From Planctomycetota bacterium (GTDB lineage: Bacteria; Planctomycetota; GCA-002687715; CAIWVZ01): DNA of 64,000 nucleotides. Under the pieces are notes generated by a model, which made no database searches, was not told the origin of the DNA, and was given only the letters and a program-made list of their open reading frames with translations. The stretch is taken from contig JBGANV010000001.1 of assembly GCA_044222185.1 (NCBI GenBank), forward strand, positions 736,001-800,000. The letters run 5' to 3'. The translations under genes were made by a program, and so were the position numbers. Below, in pieces: positions 49,665 to 58,542 of the stretch. How positions within the stretch are numbered: position 1 is the first letter of the stretch; the number at the start of each line of letters is the position of its first letter.

Positions 49665-50216
49665 ATGAAGTTGATTCGGTACGTGACTGCGGCGGCAATC
49701 GGTCTTTCGTGCATCGGGTGCTCGAGCTCGGGCGCGTCGAGCAACCCGAACAGCGTCGACAGCCAGGTGCTCAAGCTCGAGGTCGACGATGCCATCACCG
49801 TGTTCAAATCTCGTGATCCGAGCCTTTCGAAGTTCTTCGATTCGGCGGAGGGGTACGCCGTGTTTCCGTCCGTCGGCAAGGGCGGGCTCGTCGTCGGCGG
49901 CGCCTACGGCGAGGGACACGTCTTCGAGAAGGGCGCGCGGATTGGCCACACGGCTCTTTCTCAGGGCAGCATCGGCCTCCAGATCGGCGGGCAGGAATAC
50001 CGCGAGATCGTCTTCTTCAAGGACAAGGCGACGCTCGATGCGTTCAAGGCCGGGTCGTTCGAGTTCGCGGGCAACGCATCCGCCGTCGCCGTTCGGTCCG
50101 GCGCTGCGACCCCCGTCGACTATCGTGACGGCGTCGCCGTCTTCACGATGACCAAGGGTGGACTGATGCTCGAAGCCTCGATCGGAGGTCAGAAGTTCGA
50201 CTACCACGCCTTCTGA
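49665..50216 (+). CDS. Ysc84/SYLF lipid-binding domain lipoprotein
   Basis: GGAGG SD; lipobox CIGC; GYAVFPSVGKGGLVVGGAYGEG, SIGLQIGGQ, GGLMLEASIGGQKF. Confidence 0.88.
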   Translation: MKLIRYVTAAAIGLSCIGCSSSGASSNPNSVDSQVLKLEVDDAITVFKSRDPSLSKFFDSAEGYAVFPSVGKGGLVVGGAYGEGHVFEKGARIGHTALSQGSIGLQIGGQEYREIVFFKDKATLDAFKAGSFEFAGNASAVAVRSGAATPVDYRDGVAVFTMTKGGLMLEASIGGQKFDYHAF

Positions 50217-50388
50217 CGCCGCTGCGCGGCGCCGGACTTATCCGCGCCCTGGCCGGGTCGCAGCCGCGACCCCGGCTCGCGCTGCGCCCGGCCGCCATCT
50301 CACGCGCGCCGGGGTGACGGTTTCGCCGCACATCCACCGCCATCGCGGCCGCCCGCGCGGTCGACTGGTCGAGCCGGGTGCTCACACC

Positions 50389-50417
50389 TTGATGGCGCGG
50401 ACCCTCGCTTCTACACT
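50389..50417 (+). promoter_or_regulatory. Sigma70-like promoter for tRNA-Asn
   Basis: TTGATG-N17-TACACT, 36 nt upstream of the tRNA. Confidence 0.6.
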
Positions 50418-50453
50418 CCCCGCGCTCTGGCGGACCCTCGTCCGCCGCGCCAT

Positions 50454-50525
50454 TCCCCGGTAGCTCAATGGTAGAGTAGGTGACTGTTAATCACTTGGTT
50501 GTAGGTTCGATCCCTACCCGGGGAG
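50454..50525 (+). tRNA. tRNA-Asn (GTT), CCA not encoded
   Basis: Cloverleaf: TCCCCGG/CCGGGGA acceptor stem, GCTC-AATGGTA-GAGT D arm, GGTGA-CTGTTAA-TCACT anticodon arm, GTAGG-TTCGATC-CCTAC T arm, discriminator G. Confidence 0.97.
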
Positions 50526-50720
50526 CTTGACCAGCCGCAACGCTGGCACCATCCACGACGCCATCGGTGAACAGCCGGTGGCGTTCGTCGTTTCGGGGGG
50601 CTGCATCTGAGAAACGTGGGCGGAGATGCGCGTCCGGCCGTCGCCCGCCCCGCTCTCTGTTCGCATCGTTGGCCCCGGGGCCCGCGAGGCCAACTCCCGT
50701 GGTTGCGATTGGTGCCTTGG
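50520..50720 (+). repeat. Long direct repeat copy 1 (starts with the tRNA 3' end GGGGAG)
   Basis: Gap-free match to 52739-52939; hand count 38 mismatches in 201 nt (9 in the first 101). Confidence 0.92.
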
Positions 50721-50741
50721 CGCAACCACTCTCGAACTCTC
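50720..50741 (+). repeat. 22-bp direct repeat copy 1
   Basis: GCGCAACCACTCTCGAACTCTC; 20/22 identical to 51671-51692. Confidence 0.8.
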
Positions 50742-50828
50742 TGGCGCTCTCTCGCGGAGCCTTCGGTTGGTTAACAGGTGGTCCCAAAGGCCGGGTTACG
50801 ATCGCCGATCAGAGGCGTCTCGACCTAC

Positions 50829-51668
50829 ATGAACCGGCGCATCCGAACGCTGATCGTCGCTGGATTTCTTGGGGCCGTTCTATCCGGGTGCCAGATGCCC
50901 GGAAGTTCGACCGAGGCTGACGTCTCAGCGTCGAATCCGGAGGCGAACTCGCCGGAACCGCCATCGTTGGTCGTACCGGTGAATCTCAGTCGCGCAGTCG
51001 TCCTGATGCCCCTCCGGCGATTTCGCGTGGAGATGGAGTCTGGTCGCCCGCCGCCACGCGAGATGCTGGAGCGCGCCGCCGGAGCATCTCGGTTCGAAGT
51101 CCGTGACGATCCTGCAACCCGCAGCGCATTCGCGCTGTTGGCGTCAACCGACCAGGGCGTCCTGGAAGCCCTGGTGACCTGGACTGAATCCGGGAGCACC
51201 TTGCTGGTAGACGTCGACGCCGGCACGGACCGGGAAGAACTCTCTCACGCCGTCACGTGCCGCATTCGCGAGAACCTGCTGAACGCTGGAATCCCGTCCT
51301 TCGACGGTGGGATCGACGGGTTGTGGGTCGGCGAGATGAAGAACGGTGAGATCGAGATGGCCTATCTCTGGCCAGACTCCTCATGGTTGGACTCGATCAG
51401 GGATGCGTGCGCCGCCCATGGGTGGTCGTCGCAGCAGCGGGAGGTCCTCATGGAGGCGTACGAGTTGTACATCGTCGATCGGGCGAACCGCGACGTGGGA
51501 GTCATCAACGTGAACCTCTGCGGTCGAATCCAATGTCGCCTCGACGGATCAGCGCGTGGAGCCGAGCAGGACTTCATCGCGAGCTTCCTGCAGCACTGGT
51601 CGAAGCACCCGCAGTCCCAACCGCCGTGCCAGTACATGACCGTCGGGCCGCAGCCGACGCTGAGGTGA
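50829..51668 (+). CDS. Hypothetical lipoprotein
   Basis: MNRRIRTLIVAGFLGAVLSGC lipobox; 279-aa ORF; no family recognised. Confidence 0.7.
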   Translation: MNRRIRTLIVAGFLGAVLSGCQMPGSSTEADVSASNPEANSPEPPSLVVPVNLSRAVVLMPLRRFRVEMESGRPPPREMLERAAGASRFEVRDDPATRSAFALLASTDQGVLEALVTWTESGSTLLVDVDAGTDREELSHAVTCRIRENLLNAGIPSFDGGIDGLWVGEMKNGEIEMAYLWPDSSWLDSIRDACAAHGWSSQQREVLMEAYELYIVDRANRDVGVINVNLCGRIQCRLDGSARGAEQDFIASFLQHWSKHPQSQPPCQYMTVGPQPTLR

Positions 51669-51670
51669 GC

Positions 51671-51692
51671 GCGCAACCACCCTTGAACTCTC
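51671..51692 (+). repeat. 22-bp direct repeat copy 2
   Basis: GCGCAACCACCCTTGAACTCTC, 2 nt after the lipoprotein stop. Confidence 0.8.
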
Positions 51693-52007
51693 GCCCTCGT
51701 CGACGACCATCAGATTCACCGCCGACGGCGCGCCAGCGCGATCTCGAAGTAGCGACTTGTCGACCACGAGAATCTTCGTGACGTTGACGAGGGAGGGGGT
51801 GGGGAGCCCTTTGTCGTCGTTGCCGACCCTCACGTTGCCCGGTATCGACTCCCACTTCAGTGGTGAGGTGAGACAGGCACCAACGACGGCTGCGAGGTCG
51901 CTGTGATTGAAGAGGTCATCTGCACGATGAGGCAGGGCGCGACTTCGCTGACTCGGACGCAGCCCGCGTCGCCGGCAAGTCGGGCCACCCGCCTCGCCGC
52001 CTTTCAT
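51690..52007 (-). pseudogene. mazF: Decayed PemK/MazF toxin gene
   Basis: Frames joined: MKGGE / WPDLPATRAASESAKSRP / CLIVQ / DDLFNHSDLAAVVGACLTSPLKWESIPGNVRV...GLPTPSLVNVTKILVVDKSLLRDRAG; three apparent frameshifts; C-terminus lost at the 22-bp repeat. Confidence 0.75.
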
Positions 52008-52150
52008 CAGACTTCCCGGGCGCGATGTGGCGTGCAGCCCATCGACGTCGCGATCGAGGCGCGAATCACTCCCCAAGTCGTAAGTTGGGAGCAGCCGATT
52101 TGTGCCCGGCGTCGCGTTGAAACCGCGTCACGGGCGCGAGCGCACGAAGA

Positions 52151-52187
52151 TGTTGCAGAATGGTGCAGAGTGGTGTACGTTGGTTCA
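52151..52187 (+). promoter_or_regulatory. Sigma70-like promoter (leaderless) overlaid by 10-bp tandem repeats, putative operator
   Basis: TTGCAG(52153)-N17-TACGTT(52176)-6 nt-ATG; units TGTTGCAGAA TGGTGCAGAG TGGTGTACGT TGGTTCAATG. Confidence 0.65.
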
Positions 52188-52445
52188 ATGTCGCAAAACG
52201 AGAAGCCGGTCCGGCAGAGCGTGAGTCTTCCCCTGAAGACCGCACGGCGGGTTCGGAGCCTTGCGAAGGCATGCCGCAAGAGTGCGAATCGAGTGCTCGT
52301 AGATCTCGTGGAGGCCGGCCTCGAGGCGAAGGAAGCCGAGAAGAAGAGATTCCATGAGATCGCGGACCGCTTGGTTCGATCGAAAGATCCTCGGGAGCAG
52401 GAGCAGTTGAAGTCGGAACTTGCCCGGCTCACGTTCGGTGACTGA
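52188..52445 (+). CDS. Ribbon-helix-helix/CopG-like protein, putative antitoxin
   Basis: VRQSVSLP strand, then helices TARRVRSLAK..RKSANRVLVDLVEAGL; charged helical tail; 85 aa. Confidence 0.7.
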   Translation: MSQNEKPVRQSVSLPLKTARRVRSLAKACRKSANRVLVDLVEAGLEAKEAEKKRFHEIADRLVRSKDPREQEQLKSELARLTFGD

Positions 52446-52687
52446 TGCCGAAGATCCAATGGACGGATCTTCCCGCGGCTCTCCGCGACCACCTGTTCGA
52501 GCGTGTTCGTCAGCGCAAAGTCTCGGCGGAGGACCTCTACGCATTGAAGCTGTGGAGGGAGACCGGCCCCGACGCACCTGACGGTCCTTGGTTCAAGGAC
52601 TTTGGATCGTTCAAGCTGTGCGGCGAGGGGAAGTACCCCAAGACGTTCCTCCTCCGTGATCAAGCGGCGAAGGGCCGCGCGCTTTGA
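52445..52687 (+). CDS. Small hypothetical protein, putative toxin
   Basis: 80 aa; TGATG overlap with the upstream gene; MPKIQWTDLP...HLFER...WFKDFGSFKLCGEGKYPKTFL. Confidence 0.7.
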   Translation: MPKIQWTDLPAALRDHLFERVRQRKVSAEDLYALKLWRETGPDAPDGPWFKDFGSFKLCGEGKYPKTFLLRDQAAKGRAL

Positions 52688-52738
52688 ATCACGAGCACAG
52701 CGTTTCTCGAAGAGAGGCGTACGAACAGTGTTGGCATT

Positions 52739-52939
52739 GGGGAGCTTGACCAGCTGCAACGCTGGCACCACACACGACGCCATCGGTGAACAGCCGGTGA
52801 CGTTGGTCGTTTCGGGGGGCTGCATCTCCGAAACACGGGCGGGGATGTGTGCGCGGCCGTCGCTCGCTGCGCTCTCCGCTCGCATTGTCGCGCTCGGGGT
52901 CTTTGAGGCCACGTCGGGGACTTGCGGTCGGCGCCTTGG
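52739..52939 (+). repeat. Long direct repeat copy 2 (attR-like GGGGAG + conserved arm)
   Basis: Gap-free match to 50520-50720, offset 2219 nt. Confidence 0.92.
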
Positions 52940-53135
52940 GCGCGACGTGCGCTGGTCCTCGACGAGTCGCATCGATCACGTTCGAGATCGCAGGGGACTT
53001 CGCGCGTTCTTCGACGGGCTGTCAGGTGATCCAACGATCGGTCATACCTCCAGGGTTGCGGTGACACACCACTGACAGGCAACCCCGCCGGCGCGCATCC
53101 GACGATCATCCTGGCACCAGCGCCCACGGCGCGTG

Positions 53136-54458
53136 TCAGCGGAGCGTCTTGAACGCGGCGCGCAGCTCCTTGGTGAAGAGGCCGGGCTGCTCCCAGGCGG
53201 CGAAATGTCCACCGCGGTCGAGCTTGTTGAAGTACATGAGCTTCGGGTAGGCGCGCTCTGCCCAACTCCGCGGAGCCTCGTAGAGCTCCTCGGGGAATAC
53301 GCTCACTGCGGCTGGCACGGTCACACCCTTGACCGTGAAGAAAGGGACCTTCCGTTCCCAGTAGAGCCGAGCGGAAGAAAGCGCCGTATTCGTCAACCAC
53401 GTGATCGTGATGTTGTCGAGGACGTCATCTCTCGTCAGATCACCGTAAGCGCGCCCTTCGACGAACAGCCGTGCCAAGTGCGCATAGCTCTGCGCATCGT
53501 GGTCCAGCATGTAGGCCGCCAGGCCGATCGGCGAGTCTGCGATCCCGTAGAGCGTCTGGGGCCGCAAGCCCATCTGATAACCGTAGGCGATTCCTTTCGT
53601 GTAGACGAACGACACCTGCTCGCATGCGCGCTTCTCATCGTCACTGAGCCCGGGGGGCGGTGATCCGCCGGTGGCGAGACGCGCATCGATGGCGGGTGGA
53701 AACACGCCTGCCATGTTCGTGTGTATGGCGAGGAGCTCCGGAGGGGCCTGCACGCCCATCATGTCCGTGATGATGGCGCCCCAATCGCCTCCCTGCGCGA
53801 CGAACCGGGAATATCCGAGTCGTTTCATCAGGACGACCCACGCGCGTGCGATGTGGGCTTCGTCCCAGCCCGTAGCCGTCGGCCGACCTGAGAACCCGTA
53901 GCCTGGGATCGACGGGATGACGAGGTGGAACGCGTCGGCGGCGCTCGCGCCGTGCGCCTCGGGATTCGTGAGAGGATCGACGATCTTCATCTGCTCGATG
54001 ATCGATCCCGGCCATCCGTGCGTCACGATCATCGGCAACGCGGTCTCGGACTTCGATCGAACGTGGATGAAGTGGATGTCGAGTCCGTCGATCTCGGTGA
54101 TGAACTGGGGCAACGAATTGAGGCGTGCCTCGACTTTCCGCCAGTCGTAGTCGTTCACCCAGTAGCGGGCGAGAGCCTGCATCGTCGCGAGCTGAACGCC
54201 TTGCGTGTGATCCGTGACCGTTTCCTTCTCAGGCCATCGTGTCGCAGCGATCCGGCGGCGGAGGTCGACGAGTGCTTCCTCGGCGATCGCGACACGAAAC
54301 GGGCGGATTCCGGACTGGTCGGCGACCGCGAATTCCTCAGGTGCAAAAGGGAAACGGCTCATGGGGTTCTCCTTCTCGTGGAGGGGGAGCACGCACGTGG
54401 CGGCGCCGGCGAGGATCGACGCCGCGGCGACGAGAACCAGCGTCGGACTGGATTGCAT
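53136..54458 (-). CDS. Epoxide hydrolase (EHN domain + alpha/beta hydrolase)
   Basis: IRPFRV...DLRRRI..TRWP, YDWRKVEARLN, HGWPGS, PSIPGYGFS, QGGDWG, GGHFAAWEQP; alternative start at 54362. Confidence 0.93.
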   Translation of the reverse strand: MQSSPTLVLVAAASILAGAATCVLPLHEKENPMSRFPFAPEEFAVADQSGIRPFRVAIAEEALVDLRRRIAATRWPEKETVTDHTQGVQLATMQALARYWVNDYDWRKVEARLNSLPQFITEIDGLDIHFIHVRSKSETALPMIVTHGWPGSIIEQMKIVDPLTNPEAHGASAADAFHLVIPSIPGYGFSGRPTATGWDEAHIARAWVVLMKRLGYSRFVAQGGDWGAIITDMMGVQAPPELLAIHTNMAGVFPPAIDARLATGGSPPPGLSDDEKRACEQVSFVYTKGIAYGYQMGLRPQTLYGIADSPIGLAAYMLDHDAQSYAHLARLFVEGRAYGDLTRDDVLDNITITWLTNTALSSARLYWERKVPFFTVKGVTVPAAVSVFPEELYEAPRSWAERAYPKLMYFNKLDRGGHFAAWEQPGLFTKELRAAFKTLR

Positions 54459-54556
54459 GCGATCTCCTTTCAGTGATGCGTGATGGGGGGAGGGGATGCC
54501 CCCGCATCTCCACTGAGCGTGGAGCACCCCCACGGCGGCGCCGCCGCCCGCGAGCG

Positions 54557-57500
54557 TCAGTCGGGACGGTTCGCGAGCGCAGCGATCACGTCGGCCCAGA
54601 GCGCTTCGAGCGCCAGCCGCTCCGCCGGAGGAAGGGTGGCGAGCTGCGCTGGATCCCGAAGCCCCCTCAGTTCGCCGTCGTTCAGCCACTCGGAGAGCAA
54701 TGCCGATCGATACTGAGGGGATGCTTCCTGACGGATTGCCGACAGCTCGTCACGAAGCCAGCCAAGAGATCTGGCACGCCAGGAGGCCTGTTCCTCGGGA
54801 GTGATCGCCGGGCGGTCCGCCGGACGCCCGATTCCGCAGGCGGCGGCGGCGCAAGCCCCGCGGTATCGAAGCCCCGTGGACAAGTCCCGCGCGAGGGTGG
54901 GATCCTCAGCGAATGCGTCCGCGATCAGTCGTGCACGAGCGAAGGGCATGCCGCGATCCTCGCTCGTCGCGATGAGCGCCAACCGTTCGTCGCGCGTGCT
55001 CGGCCAGTACTCGCCGCGTACGAAAGCATCGAGATGCGGCAGGAGCTTCGATTCGGCCTCCCGTCGGAGAATCCCGCTGATCCAGAGCTCACGACTGCTC
55101 GCCGCCGCATGCCGGTTGTCGGTACGCGCCGCCGCCGCGCCGAGCGCCGCCACGCCAGCGACTCTCTGGTCGAGGTCCGAAAGTGCAAGCGCGAGGATCA
55201 GCTGCCAGAGCGGAGGGCGCGCTCGCACGCCGTCGTCCGCCTCGACCATCTCGAGTGCCGCTTCTGCCTGACCCGTCCGGAGTTTCAACAGCGCCGCCGT
55301 CAGCTTCAAAGCCGGTAGCTAAATGCCGGATCGTTCATCCCTGCGCTCCATGGCGCGTTCGATCGCCGCCGAGGCGAATCGGATCGCCGGATCCGACATG
55401 GGAGAGAGTGCGCAAGCTCGACAGAGCCTCTCGCAGACGATCGGGTCGGAAGTCGACGCGAAGGCATCGAGGAGCCGGGTTCGGGTCGCCTCGTATTCCT
55501 TCGTCGCTCCGATGAAGAGCAGGAACTCGGCGACTCCATCCCATGACGCGTATCGGGTGGGATCGCCTTGGATCATGGCTCGAGCGATCGGCACGGCCCT
55601 CGATCCCTGGTTCGTCCGAAGGAGACCCGTGAGCAACGCTTCCCGCGTCACGTACGACCCACCGTCAAGCCGGGCTGCTGCCTCGAGTTGCTCCGCGGCT
55701 TCGTCTCTGCGGTCGAGTGCGACGAGGGTGTTCCCGAAATCGACGCGGAACTGGACATGACCCGGCTGCGCCCGAACGCCGAACTCGAAATGGGGGAGCG
55801 CCTCCGCGTGTCGCCCCAGGAGCATGAGCGCCATGCCCAGGTTCCCCCGAACCGGCAACGCCTGGCTGTCGAGCCGAAGCGCTTCCTGAAGTGCGTCGAG
55901 CGACTCGCCGTGGCGGTTCAGGTTGCGGAGACACTTGGCGAGGTTGTTGTGTGCCAACGCCACGTCGGGACGAATCGCGATGGCGGCTTGGAAGAACCGG
56001 ATCGCCTCATCGAACTCCCGGTGTCCATAGAGCGCCTCCGCCAGCACGTAGTTTGCCCAGAAGTCCGTGCGGTGCGCGGCCTGCACCCTCCGGAGAAACG
56101 AGGTCGGATCCCGCCCCAGCTCCCGCATGCGGTAGGAGAGCCACAGCAAGTAATCCGTCGGCTGCCCCGGGACGGTCGAATCCGAGATCGCGCGCGCAAG
56201 TGCCGAGCGGTCGTCCCATGCGTTGGGGTCGCGCGATCGATCCCGCCATCCGCCTCCATCCGAGTCCACGATCCGGAGGACCGCGAGGATCCACTCCCGA
56301 CGTCGCGCCGCCAGTGGCTCGCAGAGCATCCAGTCATACATGGCGCCGACCATCGTCGCGGAGATGGTCGATGTCATGATCTTCGCCGCCGATGTTTCTG
56401 GTGCCTCTTCCACCGTCGCGCCACAGGCGTCGCGAAAGAGCGCCGCGTAGTCGCGATCGGTTTGGCTCATCGATTCGCGGCTCCCTGATGCGAGGGCGCG
56501 TGCGATTCGTGCGGCATCGAGGCGCGCCGCCACGTCATCGGCCCGCTGCACGGTGGCAAGCCGCGCCTTCAGATCCGCCGGTCCGTCCCCGCCGAGGTGA
56601 AGTGAGGCGCGGACGAGCGCCGGTCTCGCGCCTCGCCAATCCGAAGCGCGCTGTGACCGCTCGACCTCCTCCAACGCGTTTTCGACGAGCCGTCGCGAAG
56701 CGGCGGCTTCCGCGACCGAGTTCGCCGCTGCAACGACCCCTGCGACGACGACCAGGATCGAGAATGCGAGAGCAGTCGTTACCGTCGGATGCCGCCGCGT
56801 CCATTTGATCGCGCGGACGACGGCAGGTGTCTTTCGTGCGACGATCGCTTCGCCAGCGAGAAAGCGGCGAAGGTCCGCGACCAACTCTCCAGCCGACGCA
56901 TACCTCGCTGACGGGCGCTTCTGCAGACACCGGAGCGCGATCGTCTCGACGTCGCGTGGGACCCGCGGGTTGATGTGCGACGGGGGAATGGGCTCATCGG
57001 AGATCACCTGTCGCTGGATCTCCAGGGGGGAACTCGCACGAAACGGCGGGCGACCGGTGACCGCCTCGTAGAGAAGGGCGCCGAGCGCGTAGACGTCGAC
57101 CCGCGGACCGAAGGCGTCCGGCGAGCCCAGCGCCTGCTCCGGCGCCATGTAGCTCGGAGTCCCGAGCCGCGCTGCGCCCGTCGTCGCCGCACCGTCGCCG
57201 ATGGACCGCGCAAGGCCGAAGTCGCTGACCTTCGGGATCCCATCTGCGGTGATGAGGATGTTGCCGGGCTTGATGTCGCGATGCACGACGCCCTTCTCGT
57301 GGGCCGCCTGGACGGCCGTTGCGATCACGGCGACGAGTTCCGCCGCTTCGCGGGGTGGGCGAGGAACACCTCGGAACTGCTCCGCGAGGCTGCCGCCCTC
57401 GACGAACTCCATGGTGAAGAATGGGTGGCCGTCGGCCTCGCCGGCGTCGAAGACCTCGACGATGTTCCGGTGGCCGAGCCCCGCTGCCGTACGGGCTTCA

Positions 57501-57880
57501 CGCAAGAGGGCCGCGCGTTCTCTTGCGATCGCGGGGTCTCCTCCGATGAGCATCTTGACCGCCACGACCCGGTCGAGCTTCAGGTGCAGTGCCTTGTACA
57601 CGGCGCCCATCCCGCCGTGTCCTATGAGTGACCACACCTCGTACCCTGGGATCCGCGGCAGTTCCCGCTGTCCACCGGCATGCGATGCGTCTCGCTGCGG
57701 CGAGGCGCGTCCAGAGGTCGGGAATATGTGTTCGAGATCGCGAGCCAGGTCTTGGATCCGGAGCCACCGTCGCTGGACCGCGCCGAGTAGCTCGGGATGA
57801 TCCGCGCAGACCTCGCCCGGAGTACGGCCCGAGTTCAGCGCTTCCTCGAGCAGGTCACGGATCGTCGCCTCCTCGTCCAT
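54557..57880 (-). pseudogene. Ser/Thr protein kinase with TM and TPR repeats, interrupted by an in-frame TAG at 55319-55321
   Basis: GHGGMGAV, VAVK, HRDIKPGN, DFG, GTPSYMAPE; TPRs; ORFs 55319-57880 and 54557-55309 are in the same frame (..ERSGI*LPALKLTAALL..). Confidence 0.8.
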
Positions 57881-57888
57881 CGGCGCAG

Positions 57889-58542
57889 TCAGCGGCCTTC
57901 AACCGCCGGACGTAGATCCGCGAGCTTCTCCTCGAGCATCACGAGGCCGCGGTTGAGCCGTCGGTGAACGGTGCTCTCGGAAACCCCGAGGACCACCGCA
58001 GTGTCCGCGTAGGTCATTCCCTGAATGCGCAGGAGATCGAAGACCTCGCGTTCGTCGTCGGGCAGCGCGTCGATCGCGTCGAGCATTCGGAGCGTCGTCA
58101 GGCTGACTGCGGATCCGCTCGTCTCGGGCGCGGCGACCTCGCCCTCCTGGAGTTCGACGGTGGCGCTCTGCTCGTCGAGGCGCCGCGCGACGTCGTTCAG
58201 CTCCCAACGCATGTGCCGGTTCGCGAGGCCGAAGAACTGGCGCACGTTTCGAGGACGCACCTCGCGCATTGCGCCGAGCAGGCGCGCCACGACCGCGCTG
58301 AGCAACTCGTCCGACTGCAGGCTCACCGGCGGGCGCGTCAGGCGGCGATATCCCCGAAGCAGGAGCGTGGTGCAGAGGAGATGCAACCGCGCCGCCGATC
58401 GGCCCAGCAACGCGCGGATGACGGGCTCAGCGGGAGCGCCACTTCCGAGCTCGTCGAGATAATGCTGAACGGCAGCGGTGGTGGGCTCCACGCCGTGTTT
58501 GGCGTCGAGCGCGTGTGGGTCCATGCCTTCGCTCGAATCCAT
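57889..58542 (-). CDS. ECF sigma-70 factor (kinase-associated type)
   Basis: TTAAVQHYLDEL, FFGLANRHMRWELNDVARR, IDALPDDEREVFDLLRIQGMTYADTAVVLGVSESTVHRRLNRG; 8 nt upstream of the kinase. Confidence 0.88.
   Translation of the reverse strand: MDSSEGMDPHALDAKHGVEPTTAAVQHYLDELGSGAPAEPVIRALLGRSAARLHLLCTTLLLRGYRRLTRPPVSLQSDELLSAVVARLLGAMREVRPRNVRQFFGLANRHMRWELNDVARRLDEQSATVELQEGEVAAPETSGSAVSLTTLRMLDAIDALPDDEREVFDLLRIQGMTYADTAVVLGVSESTVHRRLNRGLVMLEEKLADLRPAVEGR

Larger units (their letters stand above)
50526..52744. mobile_element. Putative tRNA-Asn-integrated genomic islet (no integrase seen)
   Basis: Bounded by the tRNA 3' end and a second GGGGAG + repeat copy; cargo is a lipoprotein, a mazF remnant and a TA-like pair. 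Confidence 0.6.

Noticed and set aside
50720-50777. Canonical integron attC site
   Set aside because: Ends do not fit RYYYAAC/GTTRRRY and no intI is present; kept only as a loose resemblance in the findings.
55319-55321. Pyrrolysine or genome-wide TAG recoding
   Set aside because: Single instance and no pyl genes in the window; a nonsense mutation or sequencing error is simpler.
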